A DNA stretch of 64,000 bases, from positions 5,015 through 69,014 of the forward strand of contig CAXMRU010000057.1 in NCBI GenBank assembly GCA_964195715.1. The letters run 5' to 3'. Below, in pieces: positions 47,990 through 57,696 of this stretch. The DNA comes from Akkermansiaceae bacterium. Lineage in GTDB: Bacteria > Gemmatimonadota > Gemmatimonadetes > Palauibacterales > Palauibacteraceae. Numbering within the stretch: position 1 is the stretch's first letter; every line of letters begins with the position of its first letter. Both the position numbers and the translations under genes were made by a program. The notes under the pieces are model-generated. The model saw only the letters and a program-made list of their open reading frames with translations, was not told the DNA's origin and made no database searches.

Positions 47990-49768
47990 CTATCCGCCGC
48001 CCCGATCGTTCTTCTTGCTGACCGTCTTGTTCTGGTCCGCCTTGCGCTTCGCCGCCATCCGCTCCTTCGACAGGTACAACTGCTGCGGCAGAGAGGCCAG
48101 GTTGCTCGTGGCGTAGTACAGGTTCAGTCCCGACGGGAAGTTGGCGAACATAACGGTGAACACGAGCGGCATAACGTACGTCATCATCTTCATCTGCGGG
48201 TTCGCCTCCATCCCGCGCTGCCCGATCCAGGAGAGCAGGAACATCGAGGCGCCCATGAGGAGCGGAATGATGTAGAGCGGATCCTTGAGCGACAGATCAG
48301 GAAGCCACAGGAACGGCACGCCCCGGAGTTCGATCGTGCTCCGGAAAACGAAGAACAGAGCGAACAGGATGGGCATCGGGACTAGCATGGGAAGACACCC
48401 GCCTAGCGGGTTCACGTTGTGCTCCTTGTACAGCTTCATCATCTCGGACTGGAGCTTCTGCGGCTCGTCCTTGTACTTTGCCTGCAGCTCCTTCATCAGA
48501 GGCTGCACCTGCATCTGCGCGAGCTGCGCGCGCATCGACTTCTGGTACAGAGGGAACAGCACCACCCGCATCGCTACGCCGAAAATTATGAGCACCCATC
48601 CGTAGGCGATTCCCAGGAATCCGTGCATCCATGTCAGGACGACCATTACGATCCCGACGAGAGGCCGGATAATCGGCCGCATCCACCGCCAGCCGTACGG
48701 GTTGACGTTCTCGAGGTCCCGGGAGTGTCCGACGGCCTCCAACCGCCGGTACTCCTGCGGTCCGAGGTAGGCCTGAAAAGCGAACCCCTCGGTACCGGCC
48801 GGGACCGGGAGCGAGGTTACCATTCCCGCGGTGTTCTCGGCTGGCTCGCCGATCGCGAGGAACCCCCCGAATTGCGGCCCCTCCTCCTGAGACACGAGCG
48901 CGATCAGGAAGTACTTGTTCCTCACGGCAACCCAGTCGAACGGGCCTCCCTCCGCCGCCTGCACATCGCCCGGATGCACTTTGCTCAGGTTCACCGATCG
49001 GATGGCGCCGCCCTGGCCGCGCACTACGTACGCGAGCTGACGGTAGTCGTCCACCTCGTCCTTTTCGTTGGTCTTGAGGCCGTGCCCGAGCGAGGTGAGG
49101 ATGGAATAGCCCCGGTCGCCGATGCCCTGGACACGCCCGGACACGTCCACGATGTACGTGTCCAGCGCGAAGCCATACGTCACGATCAGTTCGGCCGCAC
49201 CCGACGGGAACGGGTATCGGAAGACGATCGAGTCCCTCGGATTGTTCTCAGTGAGGGTCAGGTCCGTGCGGTCGACGGTGAAGGTCTGACCATCGACACG
49301 CACCGTATCTCCCCCGACCGTGATCCTGTAGCCTAACACGCGGTCGCCGTCGCGGATGAGCTGGGCGCGAGGATCACCATCCCCATTATCCACGTACGAC
49401 GCATACTTCAGGAGTTCCGCCGATATCAGCGCCGCTCCCCGGGTCGAGAACCGGAGCTTGAGCAGGTCGGTGGTAACCGTGACCGTGGCCGCTTCTGGCT
49501 CCGACAGGTCCACGCGTTCCTGTCCATCCCCCTGTTCACCCGCCACCGCTCCGGCGAGCCCCCGTCCGCCGTCTTCCACGGGAAGTGTCGGCTCCGCACC
49601 GCCCGGGTTCAAATCCCTTTCGAGACCCTCGACCGGAGATTCTTCAGCCACCAGGGCCGAGTCCGGCGCCACGGAACCCAGCGGCGGCTCCGGACTCGGG
49701 AACAGCACGTTGCTCAGGAAGATCACCCCGATCGTGAGGACCACGGCCAGGACTACTCGCTTCTCCAT
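47990..49768 (-). CDS. yidC: membrane protein insertase YidC
   Basis: Start MEKRVVLAVVLTIGVIF, with GAGG RBS. Large periplasmic domain, then a conserved 5-TM core (…MKELQAKYKDEPQKLQSEMMKLYKEHNVNPLGGCLPMLVPMPILFALF…). The ORF's upstream extension was rejected. Confidence 0.85.
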   Translation of the reverse strand: MEKRVVLAVVLTIGVIFLSNVLFPSPEPPLGSVAPDSALVAEESPVEGLERDLNPGGAEPTLPVEDGGRGLAGAVAGEQGDGQERVDLSEPEAATVTVTTDLLKLRFSTRGAALISAELLKYASYVDNGDGDPRAQLIRDGDRVLGYRITVGGDTVRVDGQTFTVDRTDLTLTENNPRDSIVFRYPFPSGAAELIVTYGFALDTYIVDVSGRVQGIGDRGYSILTSLGHGLKTNEKDEVDDYRQLAYVVRGQGGAIRSVNLSKVHPGDVQAAEGGPFDWVAVRNKYFLIALVSQEEGPQFGGFLAIGEPAENTAGMVTSLPVPAGTEGFAFQAYLGPQEYRRLEAVGHSRDLENVNPYGWRWMRPIIRPLVGIVMVVLTWMHGFLGIAYGWVLIIFGVAMRVVLFPLYQKSMRAQLAQMQVQPLMKELQAKYKDEPQKLQSEMMKLYKEHNVNPLGGCLPMLVPMPILFALFFVFRSTIELRGVPFLWLPDLSLKDPLYIIPLLMGASMFLLSWIGQRGMEANPQMKMMTYVMPLVFTVMFANFPSGLNLYYATSNLASLPQQLYLSKERMAAKRKADQNKTVSKKNDRGGG

Positions 49769-50028
49769 CTGTCCTCTGTCAGGTATGGTGTTGCCACCCC
49801 GTGCACTCCTCCCTCGGCCTCTGGCACCGGGTCGATCCCGTGTCCGCCGAACGGGTGGCACCTGCCCACGCGCCTGACTGCCAGCCAGGAGCCTCGCGCC
49901 GCGCCGTGACGCTCGACCGCGATGCGCGCGTACTCCGAGCAGCTCGGGGTGTAACGACAGCTCGCCGGGAACAACGGGGAAAGGCCCGCCTGATACGCTC
50001 GGATCCAGAACAGGAGGAAGTGCTTCAT
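49753..50028 (-). CDS. yidD: membrane protein insertion efficiency factor YidD
   Basis: LIRAYQAGLSPLFPASCRYTPSCSEYARIAVERHG is the YidD signature. ATGA-type overlap with rnpA. Confidence 0.85.
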   Translation of the reverse strand: MKHFLLFWIRAYQAGLSPLFPASCRYTPSCSEYARIAVERHGAARGSWLAVRRVGRCHPFGGHGIDPVPEAEGGVHGVATPYLTEDRWRSE

Positions 50029-50384
50029 TCAGCCGCCGTGCACCGACCGAGCGCACTCCGCAACGCGTCGAATCCCAGCTCGTATGCTCCCGGCCGTGCC
50101 CGAATCAGGATTTCAGGCGGTGGCGTCTCGTCTCGAGCCCCCGGAAGCCAGGTCGTGCGAACGCACTCCCTCAACCGCCGTTTGAGACGGTTACGCTCCA
50201 CAATCGTATGTCCGTAGCGAGGAACGACGATGCCCGCGCGGGCCCGGTGCGTCCGCGAGACCGCGCGATACACCTCCAGCGGCCCGCAACGCCGCCGCGA
50301 ACCCTGTTTAACGAGGGTCCGGATCTCGGGCCCGCGTCGAAGGCGGGCCGACCTTGGATACCGAAAACGGCGTCCGTCACCCAA
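50025..50384 (-). CDS. rnpA: ribonuclease P protein component RnpA
   Basis: RnpA core (LRRGPEIRTL..., GIVVPRYGHTIVERNRLKRRLRE, LIRARPGA). There is no in-frame ATG after the rpmH stop. Proposed TTG start at 50384; the start is uncertain. Confidence 0.6.
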   Translation of the reverse strand: MGDGRRFRYPRSARLRRGPEIRTLVKQGSRRRCGPLEVYRAVSRTHRARAGIVVPRYGHTIVERNRLKRRLRECVRTTWLPGARDETPPPEILIRARPGAYELGFDALRSALGRCTAAE

Positions 50385-50410
50385 GGGTCGGGCGATCGCG
50401 CTCGGGGGGC

Positions 50411-50578
50411 CTACCGGCGGTGCTTCGGACTGATTTCGTCGCTCACCGTCAGGGAGTGGCGTCCCTTTCGGCGACGACGGGCAAGGACCTTGCGACCCGC
50501 CTTCGTCTTCATGCGGGCACGGAAGCCATGGTCCTTCAGTCTTTTGCGTCGGCTTGGATTCCTGAACGTCGGCTGCAT
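50411..50578 (-). CDS. rpmH: 50S ribosomal protein L34
   Basis: Not in the supplied ORF list (<60 aa). Hand translation gives [55 protein letters not shown]. Classical rpmH-rnpA-yidD-yidC-mnmE order. Confidence 0.8.
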   Translation of the reverse strand: MQPTFRNPSRRKRLKDHGFRARMKTKAGRKVLARRRRKGRHSLTVSDEISPKHRR

Positions 50579-50635
50579 TCTTCTCTCGCTCGTGCATCGG
50601 GGTTCTTGCCCCGCTCATTTGATAGAAAGCCTCTA

Positions 50636-50664
50636 AGACTAGGTGCACTCCGGTGTTCTGTCAA
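50636..50664 (-). promoter_or_regulatory. sigma70-like promoter for rpmH
   Basis: On the minus strand: TTGACA - 17 nt - TAGTCT, about 60 nt upstream of the rpmH ATG. Confidence 0.45.
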
Positions 50665-50713
50665 TCGTTTTCCGCTTGACGACGCGTATATATTCCAGGT
50701 GTCCGTGTCCTCG

Positions 50714-50742
50714 TTGACAGTGTCTGGCGTGATCTCTACAAT
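50714..50742 (+). promoter_or_regulatory. sigma70-like promoter for dnaA
   Basis: TTGACA - 17 nt - TACAAT (consensus -35/-10), about 40 nt upstream of the dnaA ATG. Divergent from the rpmH promoter. Confidence 0.5.
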
Positions 50743-50779
50743 GGACGGCCCCGTTTACCTCCCGATCAACTGGGCATTC

Positions 50780-52171
50780 ATGGAGCTGACGGCTACCGAA
50801 GTCTGGTCTTCGATCATTACCGCCGCGCGGGACGTGCTGCCTGAGCAGACGTTTCGTACGTGGCTTGCATCTACCGAGGCGGTCGGCCTGTCCGACGACA
50901 CGCTGGTCGTCGCCGCCCCGACCCGCTTCGCGGTAGAGTGGATTGAGGACAAGTACGGAGATCTGCTCCGGGACCTGGCCAGCAGGTCGATGGGCAGGCC
51001 CCTCGAGTTGCGCTTCGAGCACCACGGTACTGGCAACCGACTCGTGTTTCCAGAGATCGTAGCGGATAGCGGCGCTCTCGTGCCGGAAACCCCGGCGCTT
51101 CAACCGACAGCAAAACCGGACGCGCGTACGGCTGTCGAGGGAGCGAAACATGCGGGGCTGAACCAGCGCTACACATTTGAGCGGTTCGTGATCGGTGGGA
51201 ACAGCCAGCTCGCGGCTGCGGCATGCCGCGGAGTTGCCGACTCGCCGGCGCAGCTCTACAACCCGTTGTTCATCTACGGCGATACGGGACTCGGCAAGAC
51301 CCACCTGATGCACGCGATCGGCCACGAAATCCTCGGGCGATCGCCCGAGACCCAGATCGCGTACGTCCCATCCGAACAATTCACGAACGAGATGATCTCG
51401 GCGATCAGGAGCGGGCGCACTCCCGAGTTCCGGCAGCGATATCGGCGTATCGACATCCTTCTCGTGGACGACGTTCACTTCCTCGGGAACAAGGAAGGAA
51501 CACAGGAAGAGTTCTTCCACACATTCAATTCGCTATACGACGCTCACCGGCAGATCGTCATCACGAGCGATCGCCCTCCTCAAGAGATTCCCGGTCTCCA
51601 GGAGCGGTTGGTCTCCCGGTTCGAGTGGGGACTGGTCACCGACATCAAACCGCCGGACTTTGAGACGCGCGTCGCGATCCTGCAGAAGAAGGCCACTGAA
51701 GACCGGCTCACGTTGGACGAGGAAGTCATAGAATTTATTGCCCGCAACCGGAAGTCCTCCGTCAGACAGCTCGAGGGCGCCGTCATCAAGCTCCTGGCCT
51801 ACAGTTCACTTACCCGCCGCGAGATCAACCTTGACCTGGCACGTGAGGCGCTTGGACCACGGCTCGAGGATGAGATTGGCCTACGCGTCACAGCGGTCGA
51901 GATTCGGCAGAAGACGGCACAAGCGTGGGGCGTAACGGTAGAAAACCTCGTATCCAAGCGGCGGACGAAGCCCCTCACTGTTCCACGTCAGGTAGCCATG
52001 TACCTGATCAAGACGACCCTGGATCTCCCTTATACGGAAATCGGTGTGCTGTTCGGTGGCAGAGATCACTCGACTGTGATCCACTCCGTTAATAAGGTCG
52101 AAGCGGACATGGCCTCGAATCCGGAGTTTCGAGCACGAGTCCGGCGGCTACAGGACGAGCTTATACGCTGA
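50780..52171 (+). CDS. dnaA: chromosomal replication initiator DnaA
   Basis: Start MELTATEVWSSI (DnaA domain I). AAA+ Walker A GDTGLGKTHL, sensor motifs, C-terminal DNA-binding domain (RQVAMYLIK...). 463 aa. Confidence 0.9.
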   Translation: MELTATEVWSSIITAARDVLPEQTFRTWLASTEAVGLSDDTLVVAAPTRFAVEWIEDKYGDLLRDLASRSMGRPLELRFEHHGTGNRLVFPEIVADSGALVPETPALQPTAKPDARTAVEGAKHAGLNQRYTFERFVIGGNSQLAAAACRGVADSPAQLYNPLFIYGDTGLGKTHLMHAIGHEILGRSPETQIAYVPSEQFTNEMISAIRSGRTPEFRQRYRRIDILLVDDVHFLGNKEGTQEEFFHTFNSLYDAHRQIVITSDRPPQEIPGLQERLVSRFEWGLVTDIKPPDFETRVAILQKKATEDRLTLDEEVIEFIARNRKSSVRQLEGAVIKLLAYSSLTRREINLDLAREALGPRLEDEIGLRVTAVEIRQKTAQAWGVTVENLVSKRRTKPLTVPRQVAMYLIKTTLDLPYTEIGVLFGGRDHSTVIHSVNKVEADMASNPEFRARVRRLQDELIR

Positions 52172-52471
52172 GTCACGCGGTCAATACTTATCACCAGAGT
52201 CTCTGTTGAAATGGAGTTGACTCCTGGGCATTTCGTCTGCCTCAGCCAGTCGGACGGTGGATTGATGTGGACGCCGAAGCTACTTTCCCCGGATGATGCA
52301 CATGGGGTGCGGGAGATGGCCCGGCGGCTTCTTGCAGCCTTCCGGCTAGCTGCGACTTATTGTCCACGTTTCCACGGCCCCTACTAATACTACTGTAGAT
52401 GAAATTATTAGAGTAGGAGAAAACGTCTTTCCCCGGCCCTGTGCGGGTCGAAGGAGCGAAAGAGGACCTCC
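52172..52471. other. dnaA-dnaN intergenic region with AT-rich stretch (candidate oriC / DNA-unwinding element)
   Basis: 52381-52426 (CTACTAATACTACTGTAGATGAAATTATTAGAGTAGG) is strikingly AT-rich in a ~67% GC genome. Several degenerate DnaA-box-like 9-mers with 2 mismatches (TTATCACCA, TTGTCCACG). Confidence 0.4.
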
Positions 52472-53575
52472 ATGAAGCTTTCCGTAACACGCGACAGCCT
52501 GCACACCGGAATGGGAGCCGTTTCTGCTACCATACCGACGAAGACCACCTTGCCTGTCCTCTCGAACATCCTGCTCGACGCAAAGGATGGAAAACTCACG
52601 CTGAGCGGTACGGACCTCGATATTTCTGTGTCTGTTTCGATCGATGCGGAAATTGAAGTGGAGGGATCGGTGACGGTACCGGCGAAGAAGTTTGCTGAGA
52701 TCGCCCGAGAACTCCCGGCAGCACCCGTGCATATCCAGGCGGATGGAGTGGAAATCCGCATCGAGAGCGGTAAGAGCCGTTTCAAGCTGTTCGGGCTGCC
52801 GACAGAGGAGTTCCCGAGCTTCCCGGAGGTTGATTCCGGAGAGGCCTGGACGATGCAGGCAACGGACCTGCACGAGCTGATCAGTAAGACGTCGTTCGCT
52901 GCTTCCACCGAAGAAAGTCGGCCCATCCTGAACGGTGTACTCTGGCAGCTCGGGAAAGGGAAGGCGTCGATGGTTGCAACGAACGGTCACCGGCTGGCGC
53001 GCCTGACCGTTCCCCTGGAAGGTGGAGGTGCGCCGGAAGCTGATCTGATTGTTCCACCGAAGGCTCTACAGCAGGTAAGCCGGCTATTTCAGAAAGAGGG
53101 AGAGATCGCAGTATCGAAATCTCGCAACCACCTCGCTTTTCGAACGGACAGCCGCGCGGTATTCACTCGCTTGATAGAGGGTCCGTATCCGAACTATCAG
53201 CAGGTAATTCCGGCCGATAACGATAAGAAGGCAATAGTGAGCCGGGATGGCCTCGCCGCCGCAATTCGTCGTATGGCTGTCGTAGCAAGTGACCAGACGC
53301 ACCGCGTCCGCATGAGCTTCAGCGAGGGAAGTCTCTCCTTCCGCGTCCAGACTCCGGATCTCGGAGAGGCCGAGGAGGAGATGGTCGTCGACTACGAGGG
53401 CGAGAAGATCGAGATCGGGTTTAACGCCAATTACTTGTTGGAGGTGCTCCGATACATGCCGGAGGAAGATGTCCTGGTGGAATTCAAGGCTCCAGAAAGA
53501 GCCGCCACCTTCAAGCCGGCGAGTGGAAAGCTTGACTACCTCTGTCTGGTGATGCCCCTGCGGCTGCTGGACTGA
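52472..53575 (+). CDS. dnaN: DNA polymerase III beta subunit (sliding clamp)
   Basis: 367 aa. Three-domain beta-clamp pattern (MKLSVTRDSL..., LLDAKDGKLTLSGTDLDISV...). Confidence 0.9.
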   Translation: MKLSVTRDSLHTGMGAVSATIPTKTTLPVLSNILLDAKDGKLTLSGTDLDISVSVSIDAEIEVEGSVTVPAKKFAEIARELPAAPVHIQADGVEIRIESGKSRFKLFGLPTEEFPSFPEVDSGEAWTMQATDLHELISKTSFAASTEESRPILNGVLWQLGKGKASMVATNGHRLARLTVPLEGGGAPEADLIVPPKALQQVSRLFQKEGEIAVSKSRNHLAFRTDSRAVFTRLIEGPYPNYQQVIPADNDKKAIVSRDGLAAAIRRMAVVASDQTHRVRMSFSEGSLSFRVQTPDLGEAEEEMVVDYEGEKIEIGFNANYLLEVLRYMPEEDVLVEFKAPERAATFKPASGKLDYLCLVMPLRLLD

Positions 53576-53611
53576 TATACGACAGAAACCTTCATCTCGG
53601 ACGGAACGGGC

Positions 53612-54028
53612 TCAACCTCCCCCGTAGTCGGCCCACAGGTCCCGGTCCTCGTGAACTCTCACGAGGACGAGAGCGCAGGAATCGGGAAGCGTTGAAGCAA
53701 GCCGATTCCACACGACACGAGCGAGGTTCTCGCTCGTCGGAATCACCCCGACGCGGAATTCGGGGAGATCGTTCAGGAAGGCGTGATCCATCGGCTCTAC
53801 AACGGCTTTCTGGAGAAGCCGATCGAGCACCGCCAGGTCTATGACCATGCCTGTATCCGGGTGGATCTCGCCCCGCACGGTGACTTCTACGCGATAGTTA
53901 TGGCCGTGACCGGGCGCGCGGGCACAGCGACCGAAGGTGGTCTCGTTGCGGGCCGCATCCCACTCGGGTCGGTAGTATTGATGACCGGCCGGGAACTCCA
54001 CGGCTCGAGTGAGGCTCGCTCTGGACAT
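53612..54028 (-). CDS. queD: 6-carboxy-5,6,7,8-tetrahydropterin synthase QueD (PTPS family)
   Basis: GHGHNY, CxxxHGH-type motif (RCARAPGHGHNYRVEV) and the catalytic region of PTPS/QueD. Confidence 0.85.
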   Translation of the reverse strand: MSRASLTRAVEFPAGHQYYRPEWDAARNETTFGRCARAPGHGHNYRVEVTVRGEIHPDTGMVIDLAVLDRLLQKAVVEPMDHAFLNDLPEFRVGVIPTSENLARVVWNRLASTLPDSCALVLVRVHEDRDLWADYGGG

Positions 54029-54083
54029 GCCTCAAGATAACGATTGCCGCGTCCGACGAAACGCGGAGAAGGGATAGAAGACC

Positions 54084-56207
54084 ATGCTGGACAGCTTGCT
54101 GCGACCGAAGTCGATCGCAGTCGTCGGCGCCAGCCGGCGGGCCGGGAGTATTGGAAACGGGATGCTCCGGCACCTGGTGGAGAGTGGCTTCACGGGACCG
54201 GTGTATCCGGTGAACCCGACGGCGGACTCGGTGAATTCCGTGCCGGCGTATCCCTCCATCAAGGCCCTCCCCGCAGTGCCTGACCTCGCGGTGATTATCG
54301 TTCCGAAGGACCTGGTCATCGGTGTGGTCCGGGAGTGCGTCGAGACCGGGATTAAGGGGCTCGTAATAATCACCGCGGGCTTCCGGGAGGTCGGCGGCGA
54401 GGGTGTGGAGCTCGAAAGAGAGCTCCTTGCTCTCGTGCGCGAGAACGGGCTGCGCATGGTCGGGCCCAACTGCATGGGCGTGATGAACACGTCGCCTGCC
54501 GTATCCATGAATGCCACGTTCGCACCGGCGATGCCTCCGAACGGGGGAATCGCGTTCATGAGCCAGTCGGGTGCGATGGGCATGACGATCCTCGACTACG
54601 CCATGGAGTACGGCATAGGGATCAGTCAGTTCGTGTCGATGGGAAACAAGGCTGATGTTTCCGGTAACGACCTGATCGAGTACTGGCAGGACGACGACGA
54701 GGTCGGCGTGATTCTCATGTACATCGAAGGCTTTGGGAATCCGCGCCACTTCACGACGCTCGCGAGGCGAGTCACGCGTCGGAAGCCGGTCCTGGCCGTG
54801 AAGGCGGGCCGCTCCGAGGCCGGGGCGAAGGCGGCCTCGAGCCACACCGGGGCCCTGGCGCAGGTGGACATAGCCACGGATGCGCTGTTCGCGCAGTGCG
54901 GTGTGCTGAGGGCAGATACGGTCGAGAGTCTGTTCGACGCGGCGATTGCGTTCAGCAAGGCGCCGCTTCCCCGGGGACCGAGAGTGGCCATCCTCACGAA
55001 CGCCGGCGGGCCCGGGATCATCATCGCGGACGCGTGCGAGGGGTTTGGCCTGGACGTGGCGCCACTTTCAGAGGAAACGCAGGACAAGCTGCGCGACCAC
55101 TTGCCGGCCGAAGCCAGCGTGGCCAACCCCGTGGACATGATCGCCAGCGCAACGCCGGGACAGGTGGAGCGTGCGATGCGGATCATCGCTGCCGATCCGG
55201 GGATCGACTCGGTGATCGCCTCGTATGTGCCACTCGGGTTGGAAGCGCCCGTGATCGCCGCCTCGATCAAGCGCGGCGCTGAAGGGTGCGGAAAGCCGGT
55301 CCTGGCCGTGCTGATGAGCAAGCGGGGTCTCCCGCAAGGGATGGCTGAGCTACAGGACTCGCCTATCCCGGCGTACCGGTTTCCCGAATCGGCTGCACGG
55401 GCACTGGGTGAGATGTGGCGATACAAGCAATGGCTGGACCGACCGGCTGCCGAGGTTCGCCGCTTTGACGTCGACGCTGCGCGCGTGCACGAGCTCGTCG
55501 CCGCAGCGATCCGTGACGGTCGGGAGGGGCTCAGCGTAACCGAAGCGTTCGAGGTTCTCGAGTGCTACGGCATTCCGGTCGCGCCGTTTCGGATCGCCAC
55601 ACAGGAGGAGGATGTCCTTGGCGCCGCGGTCGAGATGGGATACCCGATCGTGCTCAAGGCTGTGTCGCAGGACATCGTGCACAAGACGGAAGCGGGTGCC
55701 GTGAAGCTCGACCTTCGGGACGAGGACAGCCTGCGCACAGCGTGGCAAGAGATCTCGGCTGCTCTGGAGGGCGAGAGCGACGAGGCCCGGCAGGCCGGGG
55801 TGCTGGTGCAACGCATGTGGACGCGCGGTCGCGAGACGATCGTGGGCATGACGATGGAGCCGCAATTCGGACCGATCGTCATGTTCGGCCTCGGAGGCGT
55901 GTACGTCGAAGTGCTGCGGGACGTGGCTTTCCGGGTGCAGCCCGTAAGCACGGTGGACGCGGCCGAGATGATCCGCTCGTTGCGGGGCTACCGGATCCTC
56001 GAGGGTGTGCGTGGCGAGAAGGGAGTAGATCTGGAGCAACTGGCCGAAGTGATCGGGCGTGTGAGCCAGCTCGTAGGCGACCAGCCCGAGATCCTGGAGA
56101 TGGACATCAATCCGTTCCTGGCGTTTCCGAAGGGGCAGGACAGCGTGGCGGTGGACGCCCGGTTCCGCGTAGGGCCGGCCGACTCCACGGAAGGCAGAAG
56201 CTGGTGA
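54084..56207 (+). CDS. ADP-forming acyl-CoA synthetase (fused alpha/beta; acetate--CoA ligase [ADP-forming]-like)
   Basis: N-terminal CoA-binding domain (SIAVVGASRRAGSIG), succinyl-CoA-synthetase-like ligase-CoA domain, C-terminal ATP-grasp. 707 aa and no GNAT domain, so not a Pat acetyltransferase. Confidence 0.8.
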   Translation: MLDSLLRPKSIAVVGASRRAGSIGNGMLRHLVESGFTGPVYPVNPTADSVNSVPAYPSIKALPAVPDLAVIIVPKDLVIGVVRECVETGIKGLVIITAGFREVGGEGVELERELLALVRENGLRMVGPNCMGVMNTSPAVSMNATFAPAMPPNGGIAFMSQSGAMGMTILDYAMEYGIGISQFVSMGNKADVSGNDLIEYWQDDDEVGVILMYIEGFGNPRHFTTLARRVTRRKPVLAVKAGRSEAGAKAASSHTGALAQVDIATDALFAQCGVLRADTVESLFDAAIAFSKAPLPRGPRVAILTNAGGPGIIIADACEGFGLDVAPLSEETQDKLRDHLPAEASVANPVDMIASATPGQVERAMRIIAADPGIDSVIASYVPLGLEAPVIAASIKRGAEGCGKPVLAVLMSKRGLPQGMAELQDSPIPAYRFPESAARALGEMWRYKQWLDRPAAEVRRFDVDAARVHELVAAAIRDGREGLSVTEAFEVLECYGIPVAPFRIATQEEDVLGAAVEMGYPIVLKAVSQDIVHKTEAGAVKLDLRDEDSLRTAWQEISAALEGESDEARQAGVLVQRMWTRGRETIVGMTMEPQFGPIVMFGLGGVYVEVLRDVAFRVQPVSTVDAAEMIRSLRGYRILEGVRGEKGVDLEQLAEVIGRVSQLVGDQPEILEMDINPFLAFPKGQDSVAVDARFRVGPADSTEGRSW

Positions 56208-56884
56208 GCTATGCCGGGGAGCCGGTGGCGTGGGAGGACGACTCCGTACCGTTTCCAGCGAATCTCGGTCTCACGTGGTGGGACTGTCTCACGTCGCCGG
56301 ACCGGTTCTTCTCGCGCCTGTCCTGGGAGGGAACGTTCGCGCGCCCCATCCTCTACTACCTGATCGTAGCCATCCTTGGCGGGACGCTCAGCCTGTTCTG
56401 GCTCGTCTGGGGCCCGTGGGGGGCCGCGAGCCAACTCGGACTCACGCTCGAATGGCAGCTGCTGATCTTCTTCCTCACGCCGTTCGCCGTGCTTCTGGCA
56501 CTGGGGTTGGCTACCTCGATCCAGCACTTGTTCGTACTCATGCTTGCGCAGGAACGGAGGGGTTTCGGCGCCACAGCCACCGTGTTCTGCTACTCGAGCG
56601 GAGTCGGGTTGCTCACGGCCGTGCTCCCGCCGGCGTTCGGGTTCGGTGCGGCAGCCGGGGGGCTCTTCGGGTCGTTCTACCTCGTCGTGTATTCCATGCT
56701 TGCTGTCGCGGTGCAGCTCTGGTACGTCGCCGTCCTGGTGTTCGGCATGCGCCGGGCCCACTCTACGACGACCGGCCGGGCGATTGCCATCGTACTGCTT
56801 CCGATAGGCGTCGGGTTCGCGCTTGCCCTCGGCCTGGCGATCGTGGCCGCCGCCCTCATAGCCCTCGCGGAGCTTCCCGTTTGA
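56204..56884 (+). CDS. Yip1-domain membrane protein
   Basis: GTG start overlapping the upstream TGA (GTGA), with GGAAGG RBS. Five TM helices with Yip1/DUF1282 topology. The N-terminal part of the longer ORF lies antisense inside the upstream gene and was rejected. Confidence 0.55.
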   Translation: MSYAGEPVAWEDDSVPFPANLGLTWWDCLTSPDRFFSRLSWEGTFARPILYYLIVAILGGTLSLFWLVWGPWGAASQLGLTLEWQLLIFFLTPFAVLLALGLATSIQHLFVLMLAQERRGFGATATVFCYSSGVGLLTAVLPPAFGFGAAAGGLFGSFYLVVYSMLAVAVQLWYVAVLVFGMRRAHSTTTGRAIAIVLLPIGVGFALALGLAIVAAALIALAELPV

Positions 56885-57696
56885 GCAACCTGCGCCACGT
56901 CACGGAGCGCATCGAACGCGAAGAGTTCGCCCGCGGACACATTGCGCTCGGCGACACACCCGCCGTGCCACGCCCGGCGGCAACGATCGTCCTGGCCTGG
57001 CCTGAGCCGGGCACGACGACGTATCGCGTGCTCCTGCTCAAGCGCCCCGACGCGGCCCGTTTCGCGGCTGGAGCGTACGTCTTCGCCGGCGGTGTGATCG
57101 ATAAGGCCGACGCATCACCGGAAGCACTCTGCCTGCTGCCGCCTGACCTGCGACAGCCCGAGGGCCCCGCGGCCGTGGCGGCGCTCAGGGAGTTGTTCGA
57201 GGAGACCGGATTTCTGATCGCCGATAGGCCAGTGAACGCGGAGCGGGCGGCCCGCGTCCGGGGATCGCTGCTGCGCGGGGAACTGGGCTTTGCGGAGGCC
57301 GCGGCGGAGCTTGGCGCCACATTCCGTAACGTTCGGGCCGCCTATCTGTCGCGCTGGGTGACTCCGGCCCGCTTCGCGCGCCGGTATGATACGCGCTTCT
57401 TTCTCACGATCCTCGACGCGGAGACCCCTCCGGACCCGGAGCTCACGCAGGAGCTGGTGGGGCATGTGTGGATCACGCCGGCCGAAGCGGTGCGGGCGTT
57501 CGCCGCCGCCGAGCTCCCGATGCTGTTTCCGACGCGAAGTACCCTCCAGCAGCTGGCGGAAGAGACCGACATCGCGGCCTTGCTGAGCTCCTGCCATGGC
57601 AGCGAGCCGGAGGCTGTGGAACCACGCCTCGTCGTGCGGGGAGATTCGGTCCGGCCCGTGCTGCCCGGGGATCCGGAGTACGATGAGGCAGAGTGA
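56881..57696 (+). CDS. NUDIX hydrolase, CoA-pyrophosphatase-like
   Basis: TTGA overlap start. NuCoA-like motif LLLKRPDAARFAAGAYVFAGGVID upstream of Nudix box REx2EETG (AAVAALRELFEETGF). Confidence 0.65.
   Translation: MSNLRHVTERIEREEFARGHIALGDTPAVPRPAATIVLAWPEPGTTTYRVLLLKRPDAARFAAGAYVFAGGVIDKADASPEALCLLPPDLRQPEGPAAVAALRELFEETGFLIADRPVNAERAARVRGSLLRGELGFAEAAAELGATFRNVRAAYLSRWVTPARFARRYDTRFFLTILDAETPPDPELTQELVGHVWITPAEAVRAFAAAELPMLFPTRSTLQQLAEETDIAALLSSCHGSEPEAVEPRLVVRGDSVRPVLPGDPEYDEAE

Noticed and set aside
49769-50056. 96-codon upstream extension of the yidC ORF
   Set aside because: It would overlap all of yidD. The internal MEKRVV start has GAGG RBS and begins the signal-anchor helix.
50208-50636. 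142-aa + strand ORF and the 5' part of the 207-aa minus ORF across rpmH
   Set aside because: The true coding content here is the short rpmH gene in a third frame on the minus strand. The longer ORFs are GC-frame artefacts.
55562-56203. N-terminal extension of the 440-aa ORF containing the Yip1 protein
   Set aside because: It is an out-of-frame overlap with the acyl-CoA synthetase gene. A GTG at 56204 with an RBS gives a membrane protein with no overlap.
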